Virus genome (UHGV): UHGV-1373641
Origin: a virus
DNA length: 64,000 bases
Direction: 5' to 3' (one strand)
A model generated the notes under the pieces. The model searched no databases, was not told the DNA's origin, and saw only the letters and a list, made by a program, of their open reading frames with translations. Made by a program: the position numbers and the translations under genes. Each line of letters opens with the position of its first letter. Within the stretch, counting starts at the first letter, position 1. Shown here one piece after another: positions 46,572 to 56,465 of the stretch.

Positions 46572-49507
46572 CTCATTTCTTCCTTACCATAGAACTGGCG
46601 ATTGGGACGGTCTTTTTCACGGCGAACCTTATTCCAATTTTTTACATTAGTAAAGAATCCGACAACACGGGTAATCTCCTCAGACCATTCTTTGCCACAG
46701 GTAGGGCATCTGTCGGAACCCACCCAAGTATGGTTATCATCGCAGATCCGAAGAAGATAGTTTACTGCCCAATAAACAACGCCAGACTTTGCGGCATAGA
46801 TGATAAGGTCTTCGATGTTCTTCGTGTCCTCAATTCTCTCACCAACATTGACATGGCAAATCGCTCCACCCGAAAACAATCCATCGAATTTTCCTTGGAG
46901 TCTAATACGGTCGAGCATATTGGCTTTAGCGATAAGCGGAATAAACTGATTCGAATAGAAGGATACTCCACAATCGTAACCAAGGACTTTATCTTTCTTC
47001 GCGAGTTTCACAGAGGATGACTCGGCAGGAACCTGTTCACAATTATGAGGAGCTTGATACAATTCTTGAGCTTCATCAATCCAAAGGTTAATCTGTTCAA
47101 GAGTCCGCATCACAAGATCTTGCCCATCCTCATCCAAAATGTCCTTTCCGAGGATGCTCACTGCTTCATAGAGTCCGGTGACTCCAAAAGTCGAATATTG
47201 TTTAGTAATATCCATGTATCCATGCGTGTACAAAGGCGCTGCGCCAAGGTCAATTCGACGCTGTACAATCTTGCGTTTAGCGTTATTGATTTTCGCTGCG
47301 GTAAAAAACGCATCCCTAAGCTTATCAATAAACACGCCCTCATCTCCCCCCGACTGCATTGCAAGGCGAGGGAAGTTTGCCGTCACAACACCAAGAGATC
47401 CAATTTTTGTGCTTCCGGAGCCGAAAGAATTAAAATACTCATTTTTCCTGTCCGAGCGCAAACGACAGTTATGGGTGATTACGCCATTGGGCAAAGTGAA
47501 GTAAGGTTCTTCCGGATTCTGCATTTCAAAACAATATACGTATTCTTCGTCGTAAGGAACTTCTTCGACACTTTCTACCTTAAAATACACAGAGTTGTTT
47601 CTTACCTTGTATACGCCCGGATGCTCACGACGATTCTTCAAATCATACCAACGGATACAATATAGGGGGTAATTCCGAGAATAGTTCTTTCCGCGAATCT
47701 CCACCAACTCATCAGTGCGATCCGACAGGTCGATGTTGCTAACCATACCCAGAGAAGTAAGGATGGCTTCTCCAGTTTCGATAAGCTCTTTAGACGTAGA
47801 ATAAATACGATTGCTATTTCCTCCGTCAGTTGCATACCATCCGGCGATGATGCCCTTGCGGAACTCTGTGGATTGAAGAAGAATGTTCATATCAAACGAC
47901 TTCTCTTCCGCATAAGAACCTTTAACATACTTCCCAATAATATCATATATCGCCTTAGAATAAATTTTGGCAAACACAACTTTGTTCCGGGACGGATTAA
48001 TATGGAAGTCCTCTTCAATACCCCAATCTTTTGCGGCTTGAATAAGCGTGTCGATACAACCGCGCTTCGCTTCACTCAAAGAAAAAGTCACATCGTAACT
48101 TTCGACGCCCTCTCTTGCATATCGGCTTCCATCGCCAGCATAGGCCCCAATGAGATACCCCTGAGCATAGGTAAGGTGCTCATCTTTTTCATTATAAGAG
48201 TTAAGCTCCCTCATACTGAATCCGATATAATCATCAGTAGTCAAATCAACAGTAGTTTTATCCCCAGAGAGAGTATAGTTGATATGATTATCCGTTACAA
48301 CAAATTCCTTCTTATTAGAAAGAACGACCTTATACATCTTATGGCCCAAAACAGGAAGCATCACGGGCTTTGCCTTGACCCAAGACCCATTGTGGAATAC
48401 AGCGAAGTTCTTCCTATAAAGATCATAGTTGGATGATTTTACGATATCACGAATATCCGCAAGAACCACGCCATTACTGGATTTCGTAAGGACTTTCTGC
48501 CCTCCAGAAAAACAGCATGAACTCAAAGTTGACATTTTGCCATTATACATATTGATAAATCCGAACTCTTTGTTCTTCTCAGCAATGAACTTTACAAAGT
48601 CCTTATCTACGATATTTCGGTCGTCATCAATAGAAAAACAAGCTGTCGTTACGGGAAACGTAAGAGGCGTTCTCCGCATCTCTTCATTCATGGCGTCGAG
48701 GAAAAGCCCCTGCAACTCATGAACAGTTTCAGGATTAGCGGCTTTTCCGTCCATCATGTAATCAGGACAGAGGGATTCAAGGAAATTACGGTCGAATACA
48801 GAAAGATTGGAAAATGGGCTTTGATTTCCCCGGAATTCCCAATTCACCGTATAAATAAAATTGATAAGTTTTTCCTTTACATATGTTTTATAATCATCAA
48901 CTTTAATCCGACCATCGTATCCGATCTTTTTCATTTTTTCTACGAAAAGAGATGCCACAATAAGAAAATCTGCAAATCCGGTAGCTCCCAAGGTTGAGTT
49001 TGCAGCAACAACCATAAACTGTTCTACTTGACGCACAAACGTCTCCAAAGATTTAGGAGCGCTCACACGAACTCGCTTAGATACGCCTTCCAAACCATTA
49101 AGAGCGATATCATAAGTAGAATAATTAAAACAATAGGGAAGGGCTACATCAGTGGAGTCGTTAACATAAAGATCACCACGAAGCACTTTTTCCACGACAG
49201 TATTAGCTTCAAGGAGCCCATAATCCTTTTTAATCTGTTTCCAGAGGAGGAAATAACTATTGTACTTTTTAATGGGCTTCGGCATTTCATGATTATACTC
49301 AATAGATGTCCGCGCACATACATTGGCATTAGAGTCTACGGAAACATCTGCCGTTGTAGTATCCGTATTAAAAAAATCTTTAGAAAACTTATTGATATCC
49401 ATCTGATCGCCAATTCCATCCAAGGTCAAAAAGTCCCTGCCATATTTAGCGATAAGATACATCATAAGGTCATAGAACTCTTGATCCCAAGTAATCTTAA
49501 TATGCAT
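46562..49507 (-). CDS. nrdD: Anaerobic ribonucleoside-triphosphate reductase (class III) interrupted by an intein
   Basis: C-terminal Zn ribbon CDDNH...CPTCG plus glycyl-radical-like RVVGFF. Extein about 632 aa. Confidence 0.75.
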   Translation of the reverse strand: MHIKITWDQEFYDLMMYLIAKYGRDFLTLDGIGDQMDINKFSKDFFNTDTTTADVSVDSNANVCARTSIEYNHEMPKPIKKYNSYFLLWKQIKKDYGLLEANTVVEKVLRGDLYVNDSTDVALPYCFNYSTYDIALNGLEGVSKRVRVSAPKSLETFVRQVEQFMVVAANSTLGATGFADFLIVASLFVEKMKKIGYDGRIKVDDYKTYVKEKLINFIYTVNWEFRGNQSPFSNLSVFDRNFLESLCPDYMMDGKAANPETVHELQGLFLDAMNEEMRRTPLTFPVTTACFSIDDDRNIVDKDFVKFIAEKNKEFGFINMYNGKMSTLSSCCFSGGQKVLTKSSNGVVLADIRDIVKSSNYDLYRKNFAVFHNGSWVKAKPVMLPVLGHKMYKVVLSNKKEFVVTDNHINYTLSGDKTTVDLTTDDYIGFSMRELNSYNEKDEHLTYAQGYLIGAYAGDGSRYAREGVESYDVTFSLSEAKRGCIDTLIQAAKDWGIEEDFHINPSRNKVVFAKIYSKAIYDIIGKYVKGSYAEEKSFDMNILLQSTEFRKGIIAGWYATDGGNSNRIYSTSKELIETGEAILTSLGMVSNIDLSDRTDELVEIRGKNYSRNYPLYCIRWYDLKNRREHPGVYKVRNNSVYFKVESVEEVPYDEEYVYCFEMQNPEEPYFTLPNGVITHNCRLRSDRKNEYFNSFGSGSTKIGSLGVVTANFPRLAMQSGGDEGVFIDKLRDAFFTAAKINNAKRKIVQRRIDLGAAPLYTHGYMDITKQYSTFGVTGLYEAVSILGKDILDEDGQDLVMRTLEQINLWIDEAQELYQAPHNCEQVPAESSSVKLAKKDKVLGYDCGVSFYSNQFIPLIAKANMLDRIRLQGKFDGLFSGGAICHVNVGERIEDTKNIEDLIIYAAKSGVVYWAVNYLLRICDDNHTWVGSDRCPTCGKEWSEEITRVVGFFTNVKNWNKVRREKDRPNRQFYGKEEMRCE
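47468..48514 (-). mobile_element. 349-aa intein with a LAGLIDADG homing endonuclease, in NrdD
   Basis: CFSGGQKVL... (Cys1), LAGLIDADG motifs YLIGAYAGDGS and IIAGWYATDGG, C-terminal ...GVITHN then the +1 Cys (CRLRS). Confidence 0.8.
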
Positions 49508-49591
49508 GTGCTTTCCTCTTTTTTTTATTTATGTTTTTATACATTTTTCAATGGCTAAATATTGACATCTAGCCATTGAAATTTTTTCTAT

Positions 49592-50047
49592 TTACACACC
49601 AGTGCTGCCAAACCCGCCAGTGCCTCGAACGGTTGTGGAAAGCTCCTCAGTCTCCACCCAATCGACAGGAAGATACGGAACAATGACAATCTGGCAAATC
49701 CGATCGCCCGTTACATAAATTTTATTCGCAAGGCTAGGATCTTGGAAGTAATTCTTGGGAATACGGAAGACAGCCTTGATCTCTCCGCGATAATCGGAGT
49801 CAATGACGCCTACGCAATTAGAGAGCGTCATTTCCTTCTTGAATACAGAAGACCGAGGAAACACGAGGCCCACGTACCCCGCAGGGATTTCCATACCGAT
49901 TCCGGTTCCATAGGTAACAAGCCCTTTATCCCAATCGATATCGCAGGTGACTGCATGGAGGTCATATCCAGCGGACCAATCGGTTCCACGGAGGGGCATA
50001 CTGGCATTTTCATGAAAACGCTTGAAGTTGATAATGTGATTGCTCAT
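49592..50047 (-). CDS. dut: dUTPase
   Basis: SAGYDL, RSS and GVIDSDYRGE motifs. Confidence 0.85.
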   Translation of the reverse strand: MSNHIINFKRFHENASMPLRGTDWSAGYDLHAVTCDIDWDKGLVTYGTGIGMEIPAGYVGLVFPRSSVFKKEMTLSNCVGVIDSDYRGEIKAVFRIPKNYFQDPSLANKIYVTGDRICQIVIVPYLPVDWVETEELSTTVRGTGGFGSTGV

Positions 50048-50061
50048 GTAGATTCTCCTTA

Positions 50062-50715
50062 TTAGTTAAAGATTGTATATCCGATAAACATCTTCTCAGG
50101 ATAGGGCATTTTCCCATTTTCAAGAAAAATGATTCCCTTTATAATCTCGGGGAGATGTTTAAGAACATTAATTTTTTCATCCGGGGATACTCCTACGATA
50201 TTAGATAAATTACGAACATATTTTTTTGTATCGTTTTCGTGAGGAGGTCCCATTCTATACACCATGCTCCGCAATGTGTCAAGGCCGTTCTTGTGTTGAT
50301 AATTCTTTAGATTTTTTGCACAAGCCCGGATACCATACTCAGGGGATTCAAAAATGATGAACTTGCCATCACTTCCAATTTGACCGTCCCATTTCGTATT
50401 CTTCGAGCTTTTGAGATTACAAGGATTGTTATTCCGCAATCCTCTAGTATCTCCATACGTCTCTTTTTTATCTTGAGACGTATTTTCCTTTTTTTGATAA
50501 GGGGCTTCTAACTTCTGCTTCATAATAGCATTTTCAGAGGCCATACTTCCTAACGCTGTACTTAAAAATTCTATCTTATGATGAAGTTCCTCTATCTGAA
50601 TATTCTTACTTTTTCTAAAATTTGTAAGTGTTACATAATTATGTACTGAATTAGCAATAAATACGCTAATTAAAAGAGCTATAAGAATCCTATCCAAATA
50701 ATTGAATTTAAACAT
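50062..50715 (-). CDS. N-terminally membrane-anchored protein with a conserved RGLRNNNPCNLK motif
   Basis: TM ILIALLISVFIANSV, then a coiled segment and a globular domain. Confidence 0.35.
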   Translation of the reverse strand: MFKFNYLDRILIALLISVFIANSVHNYVTLTNFRKSKNIQIEELHHKIEFLSTALGSMASENAIMKQKLEAPYQKKENTSQDKKETYGDTRGLRNNNPCNLKSSKNTKWDGQIGSDGKFIIFESPEYGIRACAKNLKNYQHKNGLDTLRSMVYRMGPPHENDTKKYVRNLSNIVGVSPDEKINVLKHLPEIIKGIIFLENGKMPYPEKMFIGYTIFN

Positions 50716-50880
50716 CCACCCTACCTTAATATTTTTTATCTACTATTTTCAATTCTTACGTTTTCCCAATATTCTCTTTCGGCTTTTTCACATTTTTGAA
50801 AACCCCAAATGAAAACAGAAACAAAAACCGCCAATAAAATCATACCTTTGATTTTCATAATAACTATTTTCTTTCTGTGT

Positions 50881-51486
50881 TTATTCATTATTACTCTCTC
50901 CCTTTACGGCAGGGATAAACCTATCATCAAGATACATGAGAATCTGGTCGCAGAAAAACCTCCATTCTTTCAGCTTATGGTTCTTGCGCTGATGGTACAT
51001 ATTCCGAAGAACCTTATAATTAGTACATACGATTCTCCGCTGCAAAAATCCTTCGGGGAGATTTTCTTTTACACCTTCAAAGTCCTTTTCGTCAATCATT
51101 TTATTCAGAATATCGATAATTTCCTGACGAACTTTGTCGGAGAAATCGTCCTTCGTGAGATGCCGCTTCATAATCGTGTGCATCGTAGACTCGGACTGTT
51201 TGGATGTTCCCACACGATAGGTATCGAATTGCGACCAGAAATAGCGGGGTGCAGTAATATCGATCCAAACTACGATACTTTCTAAAAATTTATTATGCCC
51301 TCCATCAAGTCCAGCAAGTTTATGCGCACGAGCAGAAAGTTTATTTAAAGTATTTTCGGCTTTCACCCTCCCATCGCATTCGATGTCGCCTATAGTTTTA
51401 TCAGACGTAAGGCCATAAGACAAACCCATCCCAAGAAACGCAGCGACGTGTCCAGCTTCCCCAATAAACTCAACTTTCATGTTCAT
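50881..51486 (-). CDS. ThyX-like flavin-dependent thymidylate synthase (tentative)
   Basis: Its size (about 200 aa) and the motif block RYFWSQFDTYRVGTSKQSESTMH resembling the ThyX R..F.eQ..RhR..S..SqS region. The MNMKVEF start follows SD. Confidence 0.35.
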   Translation of the reverse strand: MNMKVEFIGEAGHVAAFLGMGLSYGLTSDKTIGDIECDGRVKAENTLNKLSARAHKLAGLDGGHNKFLESIVVWIDITAPRYFWSQFDTYRVGTSKQSESTMHTIMKRHLTKDDFSDKVRQEIIDILNKMIDEKDFEGVKENLPEGFLQRRIVCTNYKVLRNMYHQRKNHKLKEWRFFCDQILMYLDDRFIPAVKGESNNE

Positions 51487-51499
51487 TTGTTTTTCCTTC

Positions 51500-52621
51500 T
51501 TATGCTTTAAAGTTATATACTGGCTTAATAGTGAACAAGGCTTCCACCGATTGAAGATTGTTACGAATCTCTGATCCATCCTTGTATGCCATAGGGCTTT
51601 CGTCAAGAGTAGAAGTATTTACGCAAGAAGAATAAATACCTTCCATTTCATTTTTAAAATCATTCATATCAAGACTGCGCTTGGCTTCACCTCTGCTTAG
51701 TCTACGTCCAGCTCCATGAGGTGCGGAATAGTTCCAATCTTCAAGCCCTTTACCAAAACCAAAAATAATACCGTCTCTCATATTCAAAGGGATCATAAGA
51801 GCCTGTTCTTTTTTAGCGGAAACGGCTCCCTTGCGCAGCATGAACACATCATTGTCAATACGTTCTATATAGTTATGAACGGTTTCATAAACATCATCTT
51901 TCTTAATCCCAATGTGTAGCATGATATCGTTAATGATCGCCTCACGATTCAAAGAGGCATAATATTTCATGATTTCCATATCATACATATATTCATCGAA
52001 CATCTCCCCTGAAAGATACGCTAGATGTTTGGGGGTGCCCGGACATTCTTTAATAGCGACATTTTGATAATAAGTAGCTACTTCTTTTCCAATATTCCTA
52101 GAACCAGAATGTACGGTAAGGAAATAAGAAAAAGTACCATCGAAATTATCGGATTCCCCTATTTCAATAAAATGATTCCCTCCCCCCAAAGTCCCAATAC
52201 TGTGCTCCGCACGAGCGATATTAACTTCATTACGACACGCAAGCATATTCAAATTGATGGCGCTAACCAATTCATGCTTGTCGTTACGAATATTAAATCC
52301 TGCGGGAATATGCTTTCGAATAATTCGATCAATTTCTTCAAAAAAGCTATTGTTAAGTTTATCGTCCAAAGTAAATTCACAGGAAAGTAATCCACAACCT
52401 ATATCGACTCCGACAAGATTAGGAACGATTTTCTTGTTTTCGATAGTCATCGTCGTTCCAATAACGCATCCAGCGCCAGCATGTACATCTGGCATAATGC
52501 GAATCCTACTACCTTCGGTGAACTCTTGATTACACAATTCGATAATTTGAGCCATAGCTGTCGGCTCAACATAATCCGTGAAAACCTTAGCTGTACTTAC
52601 TGAGCCTTTTACTTCAAACAT
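51500..52621 (-). CDS. rtcB: RtcB-family RNA ligase
   Basis: DVHAGAG, VGVDIGCGL, GGGNHFIEIG and APHGAGR motifs. Confidence 0.8.
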   Translation of the reverse strand: MFEVKGSVSTAKVFTDYVEPTAMAQIIELCNQEFTEGSRIRIMPDVHAGAGCVIGTTMTIENKKIVPNLVGVDIGCGLLSCEFTLDDKLNNSFFEEIDRIIRKHIPAGFNIRNDKHELVSAINLNMLACRNEVNIARAEHSIGTLGGGNHFIEIGESDNFDGTFSYFLTVHSGSRNIGKEVATYYQNVAIKECPGTPKHLAYLSGEMFDEYMYDMEIMKYYASLNREAIINDIMLHIGIKKDDVYETVHNYIERIDNDVFMLRKGAVSAKKEQALMIPLNMRDGIIFGFGKGLEDWNYSAPHGAGRRLSRGEAKRSLDMNDFKNEMEGIYSSCVNTSTLDESPMAYKDGSEIRNNLQSVEALFTIKPVYNFKA

Positions 52622-52643
52622 TTGAACTCCTTATTTCCAATAA

Positions 52644-53180
52644 TTAATCTTCACTACAAAAAATAGCAATGAAATCTTCTTTTTGTCCGAGTCTTGCATC
52701 ATCCCAATCTTTCATTAATGTATAAGCAACTTTATGCGCTGAGGAACATGCATCTCCCTTTATTGCCTCTCTTATCGCCGCCATTACTTCTACGAGTCCA
52801 TATGTATATTTAGTATCATAGTTATACCATCTTACAATTTCTTCCGCTTTTAATAACTTAGCATATACTATGATAAGCTCCTCATCAGTAACCTCTCCAA
52901 TTGCATATGCCTCAACTATATCAAGAGCATTCAAAGACAATTCATTGAAAAGCAAAGACGGGACCTGCCTGATACATCGTACAGCAAAAAGACGAACTTC
53001 CGGAGCTTTAATAGTTCTCAATGCCCAAATTGCTGTATCGAGTCCATTTGAATCAAGAATAGTTTTAAAAGATAAGGGCTCATCATCAGCTTTCATTTTT
53101 CCAAGGTACTTAAGAAGTCTCTGCCAGTCTTGGGTAGAAGGGCCGTACTCACGAATTTCATTCAATGTAGTGTAAAACAT
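52644..53180 (-). CDS. Hypothetical protein
   Basis: SD aaaaaggag. Confidence 0.45.
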   Translation of the reverse strand: MFYTTLNEIREYGPSTQDWQRLLKYLGKMKADDEPLSFKTILDSNGLDTAIWALRTIKAPEVRLFAVRCIRQVPSLLFNELSLNALDIVEAYAIGEVTDEELIIVYAKLLKAEEIVRWYNYDTKYTYGLVEVMAAIREAIKGDACSSAHKVAYTLMKDWDDARLGQKEDFIAIFCSED

Positions 53181-53207
53181 TCTTACGCTCCTTTTTTTAC
53201 TAGAAAT

Positions 53208-53255
53208 ATTTGCTTCCGATGAATGGAGTATTCATCAATCGGAAGCAAATGTCAA
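53208..53255 (-). promoter_or_regulatory. 13-bp perfect-stem hairpin overlapping a candidate promoter for the 52644 gene
   Basis: atttgcttccgat ... atcggaagcaaat. On the minus strand, TTGACA-N17-AATACT embeds the stem. Confidence 0.4.
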
Positions 53256-53268
53256 CACGTTTTTTAGG

Positions 53269-56199
53269 TTATTTTCTATAAAATTCTCCCCTCCATCCTT
53301 CGGCCTTTACTGGCAGACCTTCCGCCCATTGAGGAAGCTTGCACATGATATTTTCAAATTCCTCGACAGACCCAAACCCTTTAGGAACCTCAGCAATGAT
53401 TTCATCGTGAACATGAAACACTACCGGATAGTTGGCTTCTTCGAGATTGAACATCGCATTCACCATCAGATCTCTACAGAAAGCTTGTGTAACATTTTCT
53501 GAAAGTATGAGATGGTTAAGCGGCCTTCTCACAAATTGTTTTTCTGGCGTCAAGGTCATCGCCGTAACAAGCTTCTTGAACGCTGGCTTTTCTGGAGTAG
53601 ACCATGCCATCTCCACATCTTCAAGTTTAGGCTCGAAGTAGAAGAGGAACCTGCCACTAGGGAGCTTCATAAGGAGGAATCTCTTATAGTATTGGAATGA
53701 TACTCCACGATAAGAATAAATTCCGCCCTTATTCGTCATAGCCATGACAGCAGCTTCAACGAGTTTGTGCCAAAGCTTAACCGTCATTGGGTGCCCGTCT
53801 CTCCATGCAGCAATAATCTTCTTTCCTTCCTCTTCATCAATGCCCATTCTATCAGCTCCAAAGCGAAGGAACGCGCCATAACCACCTCCGTATCCACAGT
53901 TATGCACAATGCGTGGACCGCAGGATGTATGTATCATAAACCTGCTTTTATCTCCACAATTCAAAAGATCATAAACTTTTTCTATTTTAGTATAACCATC
54001 TCTATTAGATAAAATGCTCCCAGTAAGAATAATTTCATCGCTATCATCTTTTTTGATAAACTTTAAAATCGCCATATTTATTTTATTATAGTCCTTAATA
54101 ACGGCTTCACTCACTTTAATATTCAGATAATTTTGAGCTGTTGAATACTTAGAAAAAATCGTAGCTAAAAAGACGATAATGGAGCATACATATTTAACTT
54201 TATCTTCAAGACTCGTGTTCCTTAAGCTTTCACCCAAGTATACATAAACACCTTTTCTACTTTTAGAATCAACAAAGGATACATTAAAGTCATCTTCGTC
54301 AAAATCGGAAAGAATTACTTCAATTCCCATTTCAGCTATAGTTACTTTTACTGGGTATTTCTTCAAACTATAAATAATTTTATCTTGAACTTTTGAGATT
54401 TGATAACTAACCCAACTAGAGAATATTTGATATTGCTCGCTAGAATAAACTTTCCCATCTCCTAGCCATTTACACAATTCAATAGCTGCATCGGAGTCTA
54501 TCCAAATATTTTCATCCATCAACCATTTTTGATCAGGCGTAGATTCTACTCCCAAAAAATTAACGATTTCTTTAATACCTTGGCAATATGCTCCATCTGT
54601 CAAACACCAGTTTTCTCCATCCCATACATAATCATCTTTAGTTATGTCGACGATTTTTTTTATTCCATAGCTCGTATAAACCATTGTATCCGCAGAGAAG
54701 CAAGCCAACGTAGCCGTCTTACCTACTTGACGCTGCTTCTTATCCACATCTTCATATTTCACCCCATAGATAGTCGTAGCTGCAACTTTATACGGGTCGA
54801 GGCCATCCCTAAAACCTTGAAGAACATACTCTTCGCCAGCGAGATATGCCAATGCTCGGGCTTCAATCCCACTATAGTCGGCACAGATAAAATCGTATCC
54901 TTTTCTAGCGTGAATCATTGCGCGAAGGCAATCGGAGGCAAGGACTTTAGGGTCTTTCCAATACTGCTGGATAAGATCTAAATCCCCGCTAGCTGCAAGT
55001 TCGATATCCATTTCACTGATATCATAATTATCCAAAGGCTTGGAACCTTCGGGTATATTCATATTATTTGTTGAAGGTCTAGTCAAATTTTGCGGTTGAA
55101 TAAGAGCACCAGCAAATCTTCCCGTAGAGGCTCCATGATATATCATCGTTCCATGCGCCCTGCCATCATAGCACGAAGTACAAAGCATGGTCTGATATTT
55201 TGCCGTAGAAGACATGGCAATAGTCTGACGAATCTCAAGGAATCTACGAACATCGGAGGGGAGATCAGTCCGTTCAAGAAGGTCGGAGATAGCTTGCTTG
55301 CTTGCCGAATCAGTATCAACCCCACGAGATTGAAGCCATTCAATAATAGACTTGGAAGACTTCATGGTAGATACAGCACCATACGTAATCTCGGAAGCTT
55401 CCTCCGTCAAAATATCTTCTACTTTATTAACCATATCCATAATTTTGACCGCGTGAAACCTGTCAATTCCTACTCCACGGTCATTGATCGTCTGGTCGAG
55501 CCGCCACACTTTAAGCTCCCGCTCAGGGATAGGAGGAAGCTCCATAAAAAGAACTTCTTCCGCAACCACGTCCTGTCGACAATATTCAACATATCGTTTA
55601 AACATTGGCTCGTCACAAGGATAGACAATATATTGATGGTAGTTTTTAATGGTAGGAATGCCACCTTTTGAAAGCACGGCATAGACGTACTCTTGAGTAG
55701 CCTTAGCCTTTTCGGGGTCTGGAAATGCGGAAAGTTCGGCTTTACGGAATTTCCTAGGCTTTGACATTTTCATCATCAGCTTATGCCCTTCATTATCCTT
55801 CTGAGGAGCGTCTTTTCGCCAAACCTTTACCGCTTGTTCCAGTTTACGGGGAAGGTTGCACATAAGGGCCTGAGACATCGTGCATCGAATTTTCTCTAAT
55901 GGCAATGGCTTAAACCAGAGAGGCTCCATCTTGAACTTCCAAATGGCTCTTTCGAAAGGGGCGTTATGTGCTGCAATCTCTTCACAATTATTAATAATAT
56001 CCTGCAATTCATCGTCGCTCAATTCAGTATCAAGAAAATGCCTATATGCCGGAGCTACCCATACACGAGCCTCCTGTCCACATATACGGACGGCAAGCAT
56101 CATCACCTCAGTATCAGGGTGCGCAGCATATGCGTAAGCTCCACAGGTTTTAATATCTACAGGGGACCTCGTTTCAAAGTCAATTACGGATTTCATCAT
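53269..56199 (-). CDS. Family A DNA polymerase (3'-5' exonuclease plus polymerase) interrupted by an intein in motif B
   Basis: DFETRS (Exo I), DYSGIEARALAYL (motif A), RQVGKTATLA|intein|CGYGGGYGAF (motif B), HVHDEI (motif C). Strong SD. Confidence 0.8.
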   Translation of the reverse strand: MMKSVIDFETRSPVDIKTCGAYAYAAHPDTEVMMLAVRICGQEARVWVAPAYRHFLDTELSDDELQDIINNCEEIAAHNAPFERAIWKFKMEPLWFKPLPLEKIRCTMSQALMCNLPRKLEQAVKVWRKDAPQKDNEGHKLMMKMSKPRKFRKAELSAFPDPEKAKATQEYVYAVLSKGGIPTIKNYHQYIVYPCDEPMFKRYVEYCRQDVVAEEVLFMELPPIPERELKVWRLDQTINDRGVGIDRFHAVKIMDMVNKVEDILTEEASEITYGAVSTMKSSKSIIEWLQSRGVDTDSASKQAISDLLERTDLPSDVRRFLEIRQTIAMSSTAKYQTMLCTSCYDGRAHGTMIYHGASTGRFAGALIQPQNLTRPSTNNMNIPEGSKPLDNYDISEMDIELAASGDLDLIQQYWKDPKVLASDCLRAMIHARKGYDFICADYSGIEARALAYLAGEEYVLQGFRDGLDPYKVAATTIYGVKYEDVDKKQRQVGKTATLACFSADTMVYTSYGIKKIVDITKDDYVWDGENWCLTDGAYCQGIKEIVNFLGVESTPDQKWLMDENIWIDSDAAIELCKWLGDGKVYSSEQYQIFSSWVSYQISKVQDKIIYSLKKYPVKVTIAEMGIEVILSDFDEDDFNVSFVDSKSRKGVYVYLGESLRNTSLEDKVKYVCSIIVFLATIFSKYSTAQNYLNIKVSEAVIKDYNKINMAILKFIKKDDSDEIILTGSILSNRDGYTKIEKVYDLLNCGDKSRFMIHTSCGPRIVHNCGYGGGYGAFLRFGADRMGIDEEEGKKIIAAWRDGHPMTVKLWHKLVEAAVMAMTNKGGIYSYRGVSFQYYKRFLLMKLPSGRFLFYFEPKLEDVEMAWSTPEKPAFKKLVTAMTLTPEKQFVRRPLNHLILSENVTQAFCRDLMVNAMFNLEEANYPVVFHVHDEIIAEVPKGFGSVEEFENIMCKLPQWAEGLPVKAEGWRGEFYRK
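53899..54702 (-). mobile_element. 268-aa intein in DNA polymerase motif B, with a possible degenerate LAGLIDADG
   Basis: CFSADTMVYT (Cys1, block A), internal LCKWLGDGKV, C-terminal PRIVHN then the +1 Cys. Confidence 0.7.
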
Positions 56200-56259
56200 G
56201 CCTCCTTTATTAAAAAAGATACCAGAATTTTTAACAAACGCTGGTATCTTTTTTTTTAT

Positions 56260-56451
56260 TTATTTCGTTTCCATGTTTATATGATTTAGATAAAGCGGCT
56301 GTATACTTTCGCCTTTTACCCTACGTTTCGCTGGATATGCCAATTGGCAGACTAGATATTTTTCATCCCACATCATACACCTCTTTTCCTTACACGGCGC
56401 ATTCAAGAAAGGACAAATTTTTTCTACTACCCTGAAAGTTCCTTTTGCCAT
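56260..56451 (-). CDS. Small Cys-containing hypothetical protein
   Basis: ORF. Confidence 0.3.
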   Translation of the reverse strand: MAKGTFRVVEKICPFLNAPCKEKRCMMWDEKYLVCQLAYPAKRRVKGESIQPLYLNHINMETK

Positions 56452-56465
56452 TATATCCTCCGTGC

